Assembly: GCA_041494705.1 (NCBI GenBank)
Contig: JBGQBI010000004.1
Location: 60,001-92,000 of the forward strand
Direction: 5' to 3'
DNA from: Candidatus Methanoperedens sp.
Lineage (GTDB): Archaea; Halobacteriota; Methanosarcinia; Methanosarcinales; Methanoperedenaceae
DNA length: 32,000 bases
The notes beneath the pieces are model-generated. The model was given only the letters and a program-made list of their open reading frames with translations, was not told the origin of the DNA and did not search any database. The position numbers were made by a program, and so were the translations under genes. Shown here piece by piece: positions 23,878-32,000 of the stretch (positions are counted from its first letter, which is position 1; every line of letters starts with the position of its first letter).

Positions 23878-25086
23878 ATGAAAGCTATAATTCTCGCTGC
23901 AGGCGAGGGACTAAGATGCCGCCCCCTCACCATGACACGCCCAAAGGTTATGCTCCCGGTTGCCAATAAGCCGATACTGGAATATATTATCCGTGCACTG
24001 GTGCAAAATGAAATAAAAGATATAATCCTTGTTGTCGGATATAAAAAAGAGCGTATAATGGACTACTTCGGCGATGGAATTGAGTTCGGCGCGAATATCA
24101 ATTATGTTGAACAGGAAGTCCAGCTCGGAACGGCTCATGCCATAAAGCTCGCCAAACCTTTTGTTGATGAAAAGTTCCTTGTGCTTAACGGAGATAACCT
24201 GATTGATACAGATACAATTGTCGATCTGCTCAAAGGCGCATCCGGAGACATGACACTTCTTACCGTAGTACGCGAACAGACAACAGGATATGGCGTTGTA
24301 TTACAGGATAAAGGACGAATTTCACAAATTATCGAAAAACCCAGAGAGAAGATAAGCCATCTTGTAAATACAGGAATATACATGTTCCCGCTCTCGATAT
24401 TTAATGAAATAGATAAGACCCCAATATCAGAAACCGGAGAATATGCCATTACAGACACTATCCAGAGGATAATAGACCAGGGCGGCAAAGTTACGCATGT
24501 CACCACACATTCCACATGGATCGACGCTGTTCACTCATGGGATTTACTAAAAGCAAATGCGATATTGCTTGGCAAATTCGAAGACAGGGGGAATAAAGGG
24601 GTAGTCGAAAAAGGCGCAATAATAGTGGGAGACGTGGCAGTTGGCAAAAATTCAATTATCAGGTCGGGTTCGTATATCGTGGGCCCGGTTGTAATAGGCA
24701 AGAACTGCGATATAGGTCCCAGCGCAACGATATTACCCTCGACAGCCATAGGGGATAATTGCAGGGTTGGTTCGTTCACTGAACTTGAGAACAGTATCAT
24801 CATGTACGATGTGCGTATCGGGGCGGGTTCTTTCGTATCAAATTCGATTATAGGCGCCCACAATAATATAGGCCCTCATTTTTGTACCGGCGTGGGGAAG
24901 GATTTGATGATTGAAATGAAAGGCATATTGCACCATGCGGATGAACTCGGAACCGTAATAGGCGACAGTAATATTATTGGTCTTTCGGTTTTGGTGGAGG
25001 CAGGCAAAATGATCGCAACAGGCTGCTCTGTCGAATCAGGGGTTAAAATCGCAAGGGATATTCCGCAGGATTCAACTGTTTTATGA
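23878..25086 (+). CDS. Bifunctional sugar-1-phosphate nucleotidylyltransferase / acetyltransferase (archaeal GlmU-like), paralog 1
   Basis: The N-terminal NTP-transferase region is [34 protein letters not shown]...LGTAHA. The C-terminus carries left-handed beta-helix hexapeptide repeats. AGGAG is the RBS. Confidence 0.85.
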   Translation: MKAIILAAGEGLRCRPLTMTRPKVMLPVANKPILEYIIRALVQNEIKDIILVVGYKKERIMDYFGDGIEFGANINYVEQEVQLGTAHAIKLAKPFVDEKFLVLNGDNLIDTDTIVDLLKGASGDMTLLTVVREQTTGYGVVLQDKGRISQIIEKPREKISHLVNTGIYMFPLSIFNEIDKTPISETGEYAITDTIQRIIDQGGKVTHVTTHSTWIDAVHSWDLLKANAILLGKFEDRGNKGVVEKGAIIVGDVAVGKNSIIRSGSYIVGPVVIGKNCDIGPSATILPSTAIGDNCRVGSFTELENSIIMYDVRIGAGSFVSNSIIGAHNNIGPHFCTGVGKDLMIEMKGILHHADELGTVIGDSNIIGLSVLVEAGKMIATGCSVESGVKIARDIPQDSTVL

Positions 25087-25093
25087 GGTAAAA

Positions 25094-26908
25094 ATGTGCG
25101 GTATAGTGGGATACGTCGGGAAGAAGGAGGCCACTCCTATCCTTCTTGATGCATTAAAGAGGCTTGAATACAGGGGATATGATTCTGCCGGGATTGCGGT
25201 ATTAACGGATAAAGGTTTATCGGTCTATAAAACCGAAGGAAAAATTTCAGACCTTGAATTAAAACTTCCCGATATAAAGGGGTCATGCGGCATCGGGCAT
25301 ACGCGCTGGGCAACACAGGGGGCGCCAACAACGATAAATGCACATCCCCATATTTCAGGAAATATTGCGGTTGTGCATAACGGTATCATCGAGAACTACC
25401 AGGAATTGTACGATGAACTAAATAGGGAGGGTTATGAATTTGTCTCAGAAACCGATACCGAGGTCCTGGCGCATCTGGCCCACAGGTACTATAAAGGCAA
25501 CCTTGTCGCCGCGGTCATAGAGGGTCTTAAGAAAGTAAAAGGTTCTTATGCCGCCGCATTTATATGTGAGGATTCAGAGCAGGTGGTAGCTGCCAGGAAA
25601 GACAGCCCACTTGTTGCAGGTATAGGAAACGAAGAGAATTTTATTGCATCTGACGTCACAGCGCTCTTGAAATATACGCGTAATGTGGCCTACATGCATG
25701 ATTTTGAGATTGTGTCGTTATCCAGGGAAAAGATAGAATTTTTCAATTTTGAAGGAAAGCCTGTTAAAAAGAAAACAGAGTCAATAGAGTGGAACATTGA
25801 AGCTGCTGAGAAATCAGGGTATCCGCATTTCATGCTAAAGGAGATACACGAGCAGGCAGTATCAGTACATGATACGTTAATGGGACGGGTATCCGAGTTA
25901 GCAGCGGAAGTCATTCTTTCGGAAATCACATTAACCAGGGAAGAAACCCAAAAGCTTGAGCGGATTGTTATTATCGCCTGCGGGACATCCTATAATGCAG
26001 GACTTCTCGGGAAGTACCTGTTCGAGGGACTTGCGGGCATCCATACGGACGTGGAGATAAGTTCGGAGTTCCGGTATGCGAATCCTGTGCTGGTTGAGCC
26101 CACGCTTGTTATTTCAATATCCCAGTCAGGTGAGACCGCTGATACAATCGCCGCTACCAGGGAAGCAAAGACCTACGGATGCAAGACCCTTGCAATCACG
26201 AACGTTGTAGGAACTACACTTTCCCGCGAGGTGGAAAACATCATGTATACGCGGGCTGGCCCTGAGATAGGGGTTGCTGCCACCAAGACTTTCACCTCCC
26301 AGCTTATTGCACTGTATTTGCTGGCTATTCATTTTGCGAAGACAAAGAAAAGAATGGACGTGGACAGGTCAAAACGCCTGCTTGTATCGCTAAAGCAGTT
26401 GCCCGGAATGATACAGCAGATTCTTAACAACAAGGAAACAATCATGAAACAGGCAAAGCGATTTTCAAACGCCAGGGATTATTTCTTTTTGGGGAGGGCG
26501 CTAAACTTCCCGATTGCCCTTGAGGGCGCCCTGAAACTCAAGGAGATTTCTTATATACATGCCGAAGGCTACGCGGCAGGCGAGTTAAAACATGGTCCCC
26601 TTGCCCTTATCTCAAAAGATACTCCAGTGGTTGCCCTGGCTACAAAGGGTTTAACTTACGATAAGATGCTCAATAATATCAAAGAAGTAAAAGCGCGGGG
26701 TTCGCCGGTCCTGGCTATTGCAAGCATGGATGATACTGAGATCGCAAAATATGTTGACGCGGTAATAAGAGTGCCTGTGACTGACGAATTGCTATACCCG
26801 GTACTATCCTCAGTCGTGGTTCAGCTTCTGGCTTATTACACTGCGGATGCTCTGGGGTGCCCGATAGATAAGCCACGGAACCTGGCAAAAAGCGTAACGG
26901 TGGAATGA
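25094..26908 (+). CDS. glmS: Glutamine--fructose-6-phosphate aminotransferase (isomerizing)
   Basis: MCGIVGYVG has the N-terminal nucleophile Cys. ...HTRWATQG... is followed by two SIS domains, and the C-terminus is [12 protein letters not shown]. Confidence 0.95.
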   Translation: MCGIVGYVGKKEATPILLDALKRLEYRGYDSAGIAVLTDKGLSVYKTEGKISDLELKLPDIKGSCGIGHTRWATQGAPTTINAHPHISGNIAVVHNGIIENYQELYDELNREGYEFVSETDTEVLAHLAHRYYKGNLVAAVIEGLKKVKGSYAAAFICEDSEQVVAARKDSPLVAGIGNEENFIASDVTALLKYTRNVAYMHDFEIVSLSREKIEFFNFEGKPVKKKTESIEWNIEAAEKSGYPHFMLKEIHEQAVSVHDTLMGRVSELAAEVILSEITLTREETQKLERIVIIACGTSYNAGLLGKYLFEGLAGIHTDVEISSEFRYANPVLVEPTLVISISQSGETADTIAATREAKTYGCKTLAITNVVGTTLSREVENIMYTRAGPEIGVAATKTFTSQLIALYLLAIHFAKTKKRMDVDRSKRLLVSLKQLPGMIQQILNNKETIMKQAKRFSNARDYFFLGRALNFPIALEGALKLKEISYIHAEGYAAGELKHGPLALISKDTPVVALATKGLTYDKMLNNIKEVKARGSPVLAIASMDDTEIAKYVDAVIRVPVTDELLYPVLSSVVVQLLAYYTADALGCPIDKPRNLAKSVTVE

Positions 26909-26910
26909 TT

Positions 26911-28212
26911 ATGGCATTATTTGGCTCATCAGGAATAAGGGGTCTTGCAAACAGGGAAATAACTCCCGGACTTGCGCTCAAGGTTGGACTTGCTGTAGGT
27001 TCCATGCATGATTCGGCAGTTATCGGGCGCGACCCAAGGACTTCGGGAGAAATGATAGAATATGCCATTATTTCCGGGCTGTTATCGGCGGGATGCAATG
27101 TCACCCGCATCGGGATGGTGTCCACCCCAACCCTTGCTTTTGCGGCAAGGAATTATGATTGCGGCGTAATGGTGACGGCATCGCATAATCCGCCAGAATA
27201 TGGCGGCATAAAGCTCTGGAACCGGGATGGGATGGCATTTGATTCAAAGCAGCAGGATGAAATCGAATCGGTAATACAAAATAAGGCATGGAAGATGGCA
27301 GAATGGAACAGCATCGGCAGGGTGAATGAAGCCGATGTAATCGAAGAACATGCGGAAATGATTCTCGGGAAAGTAGGCCGCACATCATTGAAAGTGGTAG
27401 TTGATTGCGGATGCGGGGCTGCATCCACGATTACCCCGTACGTTTTAAGGCGCATGGGCTGCCATGTAATAACCCTTAATTCGCAACCAGACGGCTTTTT
27501 TCCTGCAAGGAATCCCGAGCCAATTGAGAAGAATCTTGAAATGTTGAAAAAAGCTACGCTTGCATTCGGGGCTGACCTGGGAATAGCTCACGACGGGGAT
27601 GCCGACAGGATGATGGCAGTTGACGGTCTAGGCAGGTTTGTGGAGGGCGATAAGCTCCTGGCTTTCTTTGGGCTCCGTGAAACCAAAAAGAGCATCGTTG
27701 TGCCGGTTGACACCTCGATAATGGTAGATGATGTCCTGAAAGGCAGGACGGTTTACAGGACGCGCGTTGGGGATGTGTATGTGGCTGAAGAATTGAAAAA
27801 GAGAAATGCAGATTTTGGCGGTGAACCTTCAGGAAGCTGGATTTTTCCGGGGATTTCACTATGCCCTGATGGAATATACGCCGCAGCCCGGCTTGTAGAA
27901 ATAGTAGAAAACGAGGGAAGGCTCGATTCGCTGGTAGATGAACTGCCGGCATATCCCATGATACGGGGAACAATTGCATGCAGTAACGACAAGAAAGAGG
28001 CTGCAATGGGAAAAATCGGTAATGGGTTAAAGGAGATGGGTGAAGTGAGCAGCATCGATGGTATAAGAGTCGATACAAAAGAAGGGTGGATACTTGTGCG
28101 CCCGAGCGGGACTGAGCCAAAAATCCGTATCACTGCCGAAGCACGGAATAATGTAGAAAACCTGTATGCGAGAGCCGAAAAAATAGTTAAAGAGGCGCTT
28201 TTAGGTTCATGA
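26911..28212 (+). CDS. glmM: Phosphoglucosamine mutase (archaeal PGM/PMM family)
   Basis: [11 protein letters not shown]...[17 protein letters not shown] contains the active-site Ser. ...[10 protein letters not shown]... is the metal-binding loop. The ATG at 26911 lies 6 nt after GGTGGA. An alternative ATG at 26905 overlaps the glmS stop. Confidence 0.9.
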   Translation: MALFGSSGIRGLANREITPGLALKVGLAVGSMHDSAVIGRDPRTSGEMIEYAIISGLLSAGCNVTRIGMVSTPTLAFAARNYDCGVMVTASHNPPEYGGIKLWNRDGMAFDSKQQDEIESVIQNKAWKMAEWNSIGRVNEADVIEEHAEMILGKVGRTSLKVVVDCGCGAASTITPYVLRRMGCHVITLNSQPDGFFPARNPEPIEKNLEMLKKATLAFGADLGIAHDGDADRMMAVDGLGRFVEGDKLLAFFGLRETKKSIVVPVDTSIMVDDVLKGRTVYRTRVGDVYVAEELKKRNADFGGEPSGSWIFPGISLCPDGIYAAARLVEIVENEGRLDSLVDELPAYPMIRGTIACSNDKKEAAMGKIGNGLKEMGEVSSIDGIRVDTKEGWILVRPSGTEPKIRITAEARNNVENLYARAEKIVKEALLGS

Positions 28213-29399
28213 AAGCTATAATTCTTGCAGCCGGACAGGGAACGAGGATGGGACCGCTTACCCGCAACAGACCCAAGGTCATGCTGCCCGTAGCCAACAT
28301 GCCTCTGCTTTCCCATGTAATACTCTCTGCGCGTGATGCGGGAATCAGGGAATTTGTGCTTGTGGTTGGATTCGGGCAGGAAATTATTAAACGCTATTTC
28401 GGGGACGGCTCTTCAATGAATGTCAGCATTGAATATGCGCACCAGAAAGAACAGCTTGGTACAGCGGATGCCGTACGTTCGGCAAAAGGATTTGTAAAAG
28501 ACCGGTTTTTAATGCTGAACGGTGACATAATTGTGAGCCCTTTGCATATCAGGAACATGGTCAAACAAAGCCGGGATGTTGTGATGACGGCAAGACGCGT
28601 TGATAACCCATCTGAATTCGGTGTCCTTGAGGTAGAGGATGACAGGGTTTTGCGTATTATAGAGAAACCGAAAAAACCCCCAACAAATCTTGCCAATGCC
28701 GGGATATACATTTTCCCGTTGGCGATATTCGATGCAATTAACAAAACGGCGCTCTCCGCTAGGTCGGAATACGAAATAACCGAATCGCTGCAATTGCTGA
28801 TTGATGAGGGCATGGATGTCGGTTTTTTGACTCTTTCGGGGAACTGGCTTGATATAGGGAGACCCTGGGACCTTCTTGATGCCAATGAATATTTCCTGTC
28901 CGGTTTACAGCCTGAGATAAAAGGAGAAATCGAGCCGCTCGCCACATTGAAAGGCAATGTTTCGGTCGGGGAAGGCACGATTGTTAGGAACGGCGCATAC
29001 ATTGTAGGTCCTGTGATAATCGGCAAGAACTGTGATATCGGACCTAACTGTTATATTCGCCCCGGCACCAGCATCGGCGATGATGTGCGTATCGGCAATG
29101 CGGTGGAGATCAAGAACAGCATCATTATGAATGGGACGCATATAGGACATTTGAGTTACGTGGGGGACAGCATCATAGGGGAAAGATGTAATTTCGGGGC
29201 GGGAACAAAGGTTGCAAACCTGAGGCACGACGACAGGACAATCCGCGTGCGTCTGAAGGGCAAACTCACGGACTCTGGCAGGAGAAAGCTTGGCACTATC
29301 ATGGGGGATGATGTGCACACGGGTATCAACAGCATGATTAATGTGGGTGCAGTGGTTGAAAGTGGGGCGATGATAGCGCCCGGGGAATTCGTGAAATAG
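28209..29399 (+). CDS. Bifunctional sugar-1-phosphate nucleotidylyltransferase / acetyltransferase (archaeal GlmU-like), paralog 2
   Basis: [34 protein letters not shown]...LGTADA plus C-terminal hexapeptide repeats. The ATG overlaps the glmM stop (ATGA). Confidence 0.85.
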   Translation: MKAIILAAGQGTRMGPLTRNRPKVMLPVANMPLLSHVILSARDAGIREFVLVVGFGQEIIKRYFGDGSSMNVSIEYAHQKEQLGTADAVRSAKGFVKDRFLMLNGDIIVSPLHIRNMVKQSRDVVMTARRVDNPSEFGVLEVEDDRVLRIIEKPKKPPTNLANAGIYIFPLAIFDAINKTALSARSEYEITESLQLLIDEGMDVGFLTLSGNWLDIGRPWDLLDANEYFLSGLQPEIKGEIEPLATLKGNVSVGEGTIVRNGAYIVGPVIIGKNCDIGPNCYIRPGTSIGDDVRIGNAVEIKNSIIMNGTHIGHLSYVGDSIIGERCNFGAGTKVANLRHDDRTIRVRLKGKLTDSGRRKLGTIMGDDVHTGINSMINVGAVVESGAMIAPGEFVK

Positions 29400-29431
29400 A
29401 ACAGATAAAATAGAAAATACAGAAAAAATTT

Positions 29432-30043
29432 TTAAGACACTTTCTCAGCAAAAGCCAGAGTACCTGTAATTTTCTTGATTTTTATTTTTACGGTATCTCC
29501 CTTAACTGTATTGGGCACATAAATCGTATATTTATCTTTTTTAGCGATGCCGTCGCCTTTACTTCCTACGGCATCGATCTTGACATCGTAAGTTTCGCCT
29601 TCGGTCAATGCTTCTTCTTTTGCTATGGTGGTCGCCCGGCGCTTTGTTACCGGTCTGTGCGCTCCGCAGGCATCGCACCGCAGGGTCAGGATTCTCTCGC
29701 TTTTCATCAGATGCGTATCCGGGCGTCCGCATTCCGAGCATGTCACATATTCCTTGACATATGCATTGATAAGTTCGGTAACGATTCCCGAAGTAAGTTT
29801 CCTCTGGAATATTGCCCTTGGACCATCGATTTTACCAGCCGTTCCAAGTTCCCGCAAAAGGAATTTGAATAAATGCTCCTGCTCACGGTTCAGTTTGTCA
29901 GCTATACCGGCAAAATTTTCAAGTACTGTCGTCTTTCCTTCGGTGAGCAGCTTGGGCTCAGGGACGACGAATCGCTCCCCCGAACCTTTGATTTCAGGCA
30001 GTTGTTTCAATGCCCTGTCAAGGTTTGCAAGATAATCATTCAA
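29432..30043 (-). CDS. eif2b: Translation initiation factor aIF2 beta subunit with C-terminal TRAM domain
   Basis: The aIF2beta core reaches the zinc ribbon YVTCSECGRPDTHLMKSERILTLRCDACGA. It is followed by a tail of about 60 aa, LTEGETYDVKIDAVGSKGDGIAKKDKYTIYVPNTVKGDTVKIKIKKITGTLAFAEKV, with a TRAM pattern. Confidence 0.88.
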   Translation of the reverse strand: MNDYLANLDRALKQLPEIKGSGERFVVPEPKLLTEGKTTVLENFAGIADKLNREQEHLFKFLLRELGTAGKIDGPRAIFQRKLTSGIVTELINAYVKEYVTCSECGRPDTHLMKSERILTLRCDACGAHRPVTKRRATTIAKEEALTEGETYDVKIDAVGSKGDGIAKKDKYTIYVPNTVKGDTVKIKIKKITGTLAFAEKVS

Positions 30044-30088
30044 AAAGTGATACCTCGCTTTATATGCCTGTCGTTTGATGATTCATAG

Positions 30089-30610
30089 TTAAGTTGCAAT
30101 TAATTCCTGGCCTTTTTCTACGACCAGACCGATGGGAGTTGGAAGCTTATATCCTGCCGAAACGAGTGATTTTTTTGCCTGTTTGAAACCTGCCGGGTTA
30201 ATATACACCGTCATGAGTTTCTGGCCGGCCCTTACCCTGGCAGCCGTACCAACAGGTTTCCCGAATGCCAGGCGCATTCCCTGTGAAACACGGTCGGCGC
30301 CTGCTCCTGTCGCCTGTTTGTTCTCCCTTAAGACTTCATGCGGGTGGACCCTGATTTTTAAATGATAATTGGGCTGCCCGAGAACCTCAAGTAAAATCCT
30401 GTTCGCTGCGATACGGGCTGATTCGAGAGCGCTGTGCCGTATATTGCATGCTTCTTTTGCTACGAGGGACATATGCACCGGGAAATCATCTTTCAGGTTT
30501 CCCATGTCATAAGTTACGATTTTGCTTCCCGGAACACCGCCCATGTATTCGCGTCTTGTAAATGAGCGCTGGGTGATTTTAGTGTACATTCTTCCTGGTT
30601 TTCTTGCCAT
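30089..30610 (-). CDS. rpl10e: 50S ribosomal protein L10e (uL16)
   Basis: [46 protein letters not shown] upstream. Confidence 0.95.
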   Translation of the reverse strand: MARKPGRMYTKITQRSFTRREYMGGVPGSKIVTYDMGNLKDDFPVHMSLVAKEACNIRHSALESARIAANRILLEVLGQPNYHLKIRVHPHEVLRENKQATGAGADRVSQGMRLAFGKPVGTAARVRAGQKLMTVYINPAGFKQAKKSLVSAGYKLPTPIGLVVEKGQELIAT

Positions 30611-30805
30611 TTGAGTAATCCTCCGATAATTGGGATGTGCGTATTAAAAACATATCACACGATTTGGTTTCCAGATGACTTTGAGGTTTATAAGCTTTAT
30701 TGAAATGGCCACCTGTCAAAAATTCCGGCGAAACATTTTCAGGATACTACAGGCTGCAAGCCTTATAACAATTCTTTTATAGATTGCAGGATATCAAAGA
30801 AGCCG

Positions 30806-32000
30806 ATGAGTCACGACTACAGGGCGCTCGGATTAAAAGCCGGACTTGAAATCCACCAGCAGCTTGACACAAAAGAAAAACTCTTCTGCGGCTGTCCCAC
30901 CCTTCTTCGTGATACCAAAGAATCCAATTTTGAATTCATGAGATACCTGCGCCCCACACAGAGCGAGATGGGAGTGGTTGATAAAGCTGCGCTTGAGGAA
31001 ATAAAACTCATAAAAAGATTCATCTATAAGGCTTATGATACGACCTGCCTGGTCGAAAATGATGAAGAGCCGCCGCGTGAATTGAACCAGGAAGCAGTGG
31101 AGCTTGCTCTCATGATTGCACGCATGCTGAACATGAATATCGTTGACGAGCTATATACCATGCGAAAAATAGTGATTGACGGCTCGAATACATCAGGTTT
31201 CCAGAGGACAGGGCTTGTTGCTACTGGCGGTTACCTTGATTCAAAAACGGGTCGCGTGGGAGTGGATGTGCTTTGCCTTGAGGAAGAAGCCGCGCAGAAA
31301 GTGGAAGATAAAGGCGATTCGGTGATTTATTCTCTTGACAGGCTAGGTATTCCGCTTGTTGAGATTGGGACAGCGCCCGATATCGTATCGCCTGCGCATG
31401 CACGAGAAGTCGCCGAGCAGATTGGTATGATACTGCGCTCAACCGGCAGGGTAAAGCGCGGACTTGGCACTATCAGGCAGGATGTCAACGTTTCAATTGC
31501 AGAAGGGGCAAGAGTCGAGATAAAAGGAGTGCAGGAACTGTCCCTGATAGAAACCATTGTGGAGCAGGAAGTAGCAAGACAGGAAGCTTTGATAGGAATC
31601 AAAAAGCAACTTAATAAATTAAATGCATCTGTTTCTGATAGAATCGTGGATGTAACATCTGTTTTTGCAAATACCACCTCCAAAGTAATTTTAAAGGCAT
31701 TAAATACAGGGGTTGTTTATGCTGTGAACCTGCCCGGATTCGCGGGCTTTGCGGGAAAAGAGCTCCAGCCCGGGAGGCGCCTGGGGACTGAATTTTCCGA
31801 CCGCGCTAAGAAATCAGGTGTTGGAGGCATATTCCATACAGACGAACTGCCGAATTATGGCATCACACAGGACGAGATCGATGCGCTCCGGAAAGCAGTG
31901 GGCGCACAGGATAAGGACTGTGTGGTCATGGTTGCAGATACAAAAGAAAAGGCAAAAGGAGCGCTTGAAGCGGTGATTATCAGGGCAAAAGAGGCGCTCA
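30806..32000 (+). CDS. gatE: Glutamyl-tRNA(Gln) amidotransferase subunit E (3' end outside window)
   Basis: Not in the ORF track because there is no stop in the window. My own translation from the ATG at 30806 is [32 protein letters not shown]...[13 protein letters not shown]...[18 protein letters not shown]...[16 protein letters not shown]...[11 protein letters not shown], which is the GatE signature. Confidence 0.9.
   Translation, partial: MSHDYRALGLKAGLEIHQQLDTKEKLFCGCPTLLRDTKESNFEFMRYLRPTQSEMGVVDKAALEEIKLIKRFIYKAYDTTCLVENDEEPPRELNQEAVELALMIARMLNMNIVDELYTMRKIVIDGSNTSGFQRTGLVATGGYLDSKTGRVGVDVLCLEEEAAQKVEDKGDSVIYSLDRLGIPLVEIGTAPDIVSPAHAREVAEQIGMILRSTGRVKRGLGTIRQDVNVSIAEGARVEIKGVQELSLIETIVEQEVARQEALIGIKKQLNKLNASVSDRIVDVTSVFANTTSKVILKALNTGVVYAVNLPGFAGFAGKELQPGRRLGTEFSDRAKKSGVGGIFHTDELPNYGITQDEIDALRKAVGAQDKDCVVMVADTKEKAKGALEAVIIRAKEAL

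Noticed and set aside
23633-25093. glmS ribozyme or riboswitch upstream of glmS
   Set aside because: glmS is an internal operon gene with only 7 nt between it and the preceding gene. I see no glmS-ribozyme-like conserved core in the long spacer upstream of the operon, and the ribozyme is a bacterial feature.
27554-28316. Two overlapping minus-strand ORFs of 187-188 aa
   Set aside because: Both are antisense to glmM and glmU-like paralog 2, which have strong catalytic motifs. Their translations are low complexity (Pro/Arg/Ser-rich).

Overview
Dense archaeal chromosomal window. The gene content is methanogen/ANME-like and Methanosarcinales-type; that placement is inferred from the genes, not from a search. 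About 40 protein genes lie on both strands, many with 4-nt start/stop overlaps.

Housekeeping content in window order:
- FdhD (5'-partial) and MobB
- a DUF429 protein
- alternative haem genes (AhbA/B-like plus a radical-SAM/SPASM AhbC/D-like gene)
- a CcmD-like 43-codon micro-ORF that is absent from the ORF track
- CoA-binding protein, Pth2, DUF169
- a TM-anchored surface protein with five Ig-like repeats
- tRNA-splicing endonuclease EndA, DUF192, aIF1/SUI1
- F420-dependent methylene-H4MPT dehydrogenase Mtd
- a small methyltransferase, RibL, an aspartate aminotransferase, RNase Z
- tRNA-Tyr(GUA) with a 96-nt intron, and tRNA-Arg(CCU)
- archaeal CoA genes pantoate kinase and phosphopantothenate synthetase
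- a SufS-like desulfurase and an EF-Tu-like protein with degenerate G motifs
- IMPase/NADP-phosphatase-like protein plus NAD kinase
- a glmU-like/glmS/glmM/glmU-like operon
- aIF2beta with a C-terminal TRAM domain, L10e, and the 5' part of GatE (open at the window end, not in the ORF track)

Accessory or unusual content:
1. An AT-rich two-gene island at 17.77-19.6 kb. It encodes a GNAT + REase-like + ASCH fusion protein and a free ASCH protein, and is bracketed by a 12-bp direct repeat. This is my best candidate for an undescribed defence or nucleic-acid-modification module.
2. A GC-rich Fic gene flanked by ~48-bp imperfect direct repeats that duplicate the ribL leader and start codon.
3. A MITE-like repeat family with CRCAGAG-unit terminal inverted repeats (802-1042 and 15871-16021). 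One copy supplies the last 11 codons and the stop of mobB. A core hairpin module of this family also sits inside the tRNA-Tyr intron.

I found no rRNA, CRISPR array, integrase or transposase.
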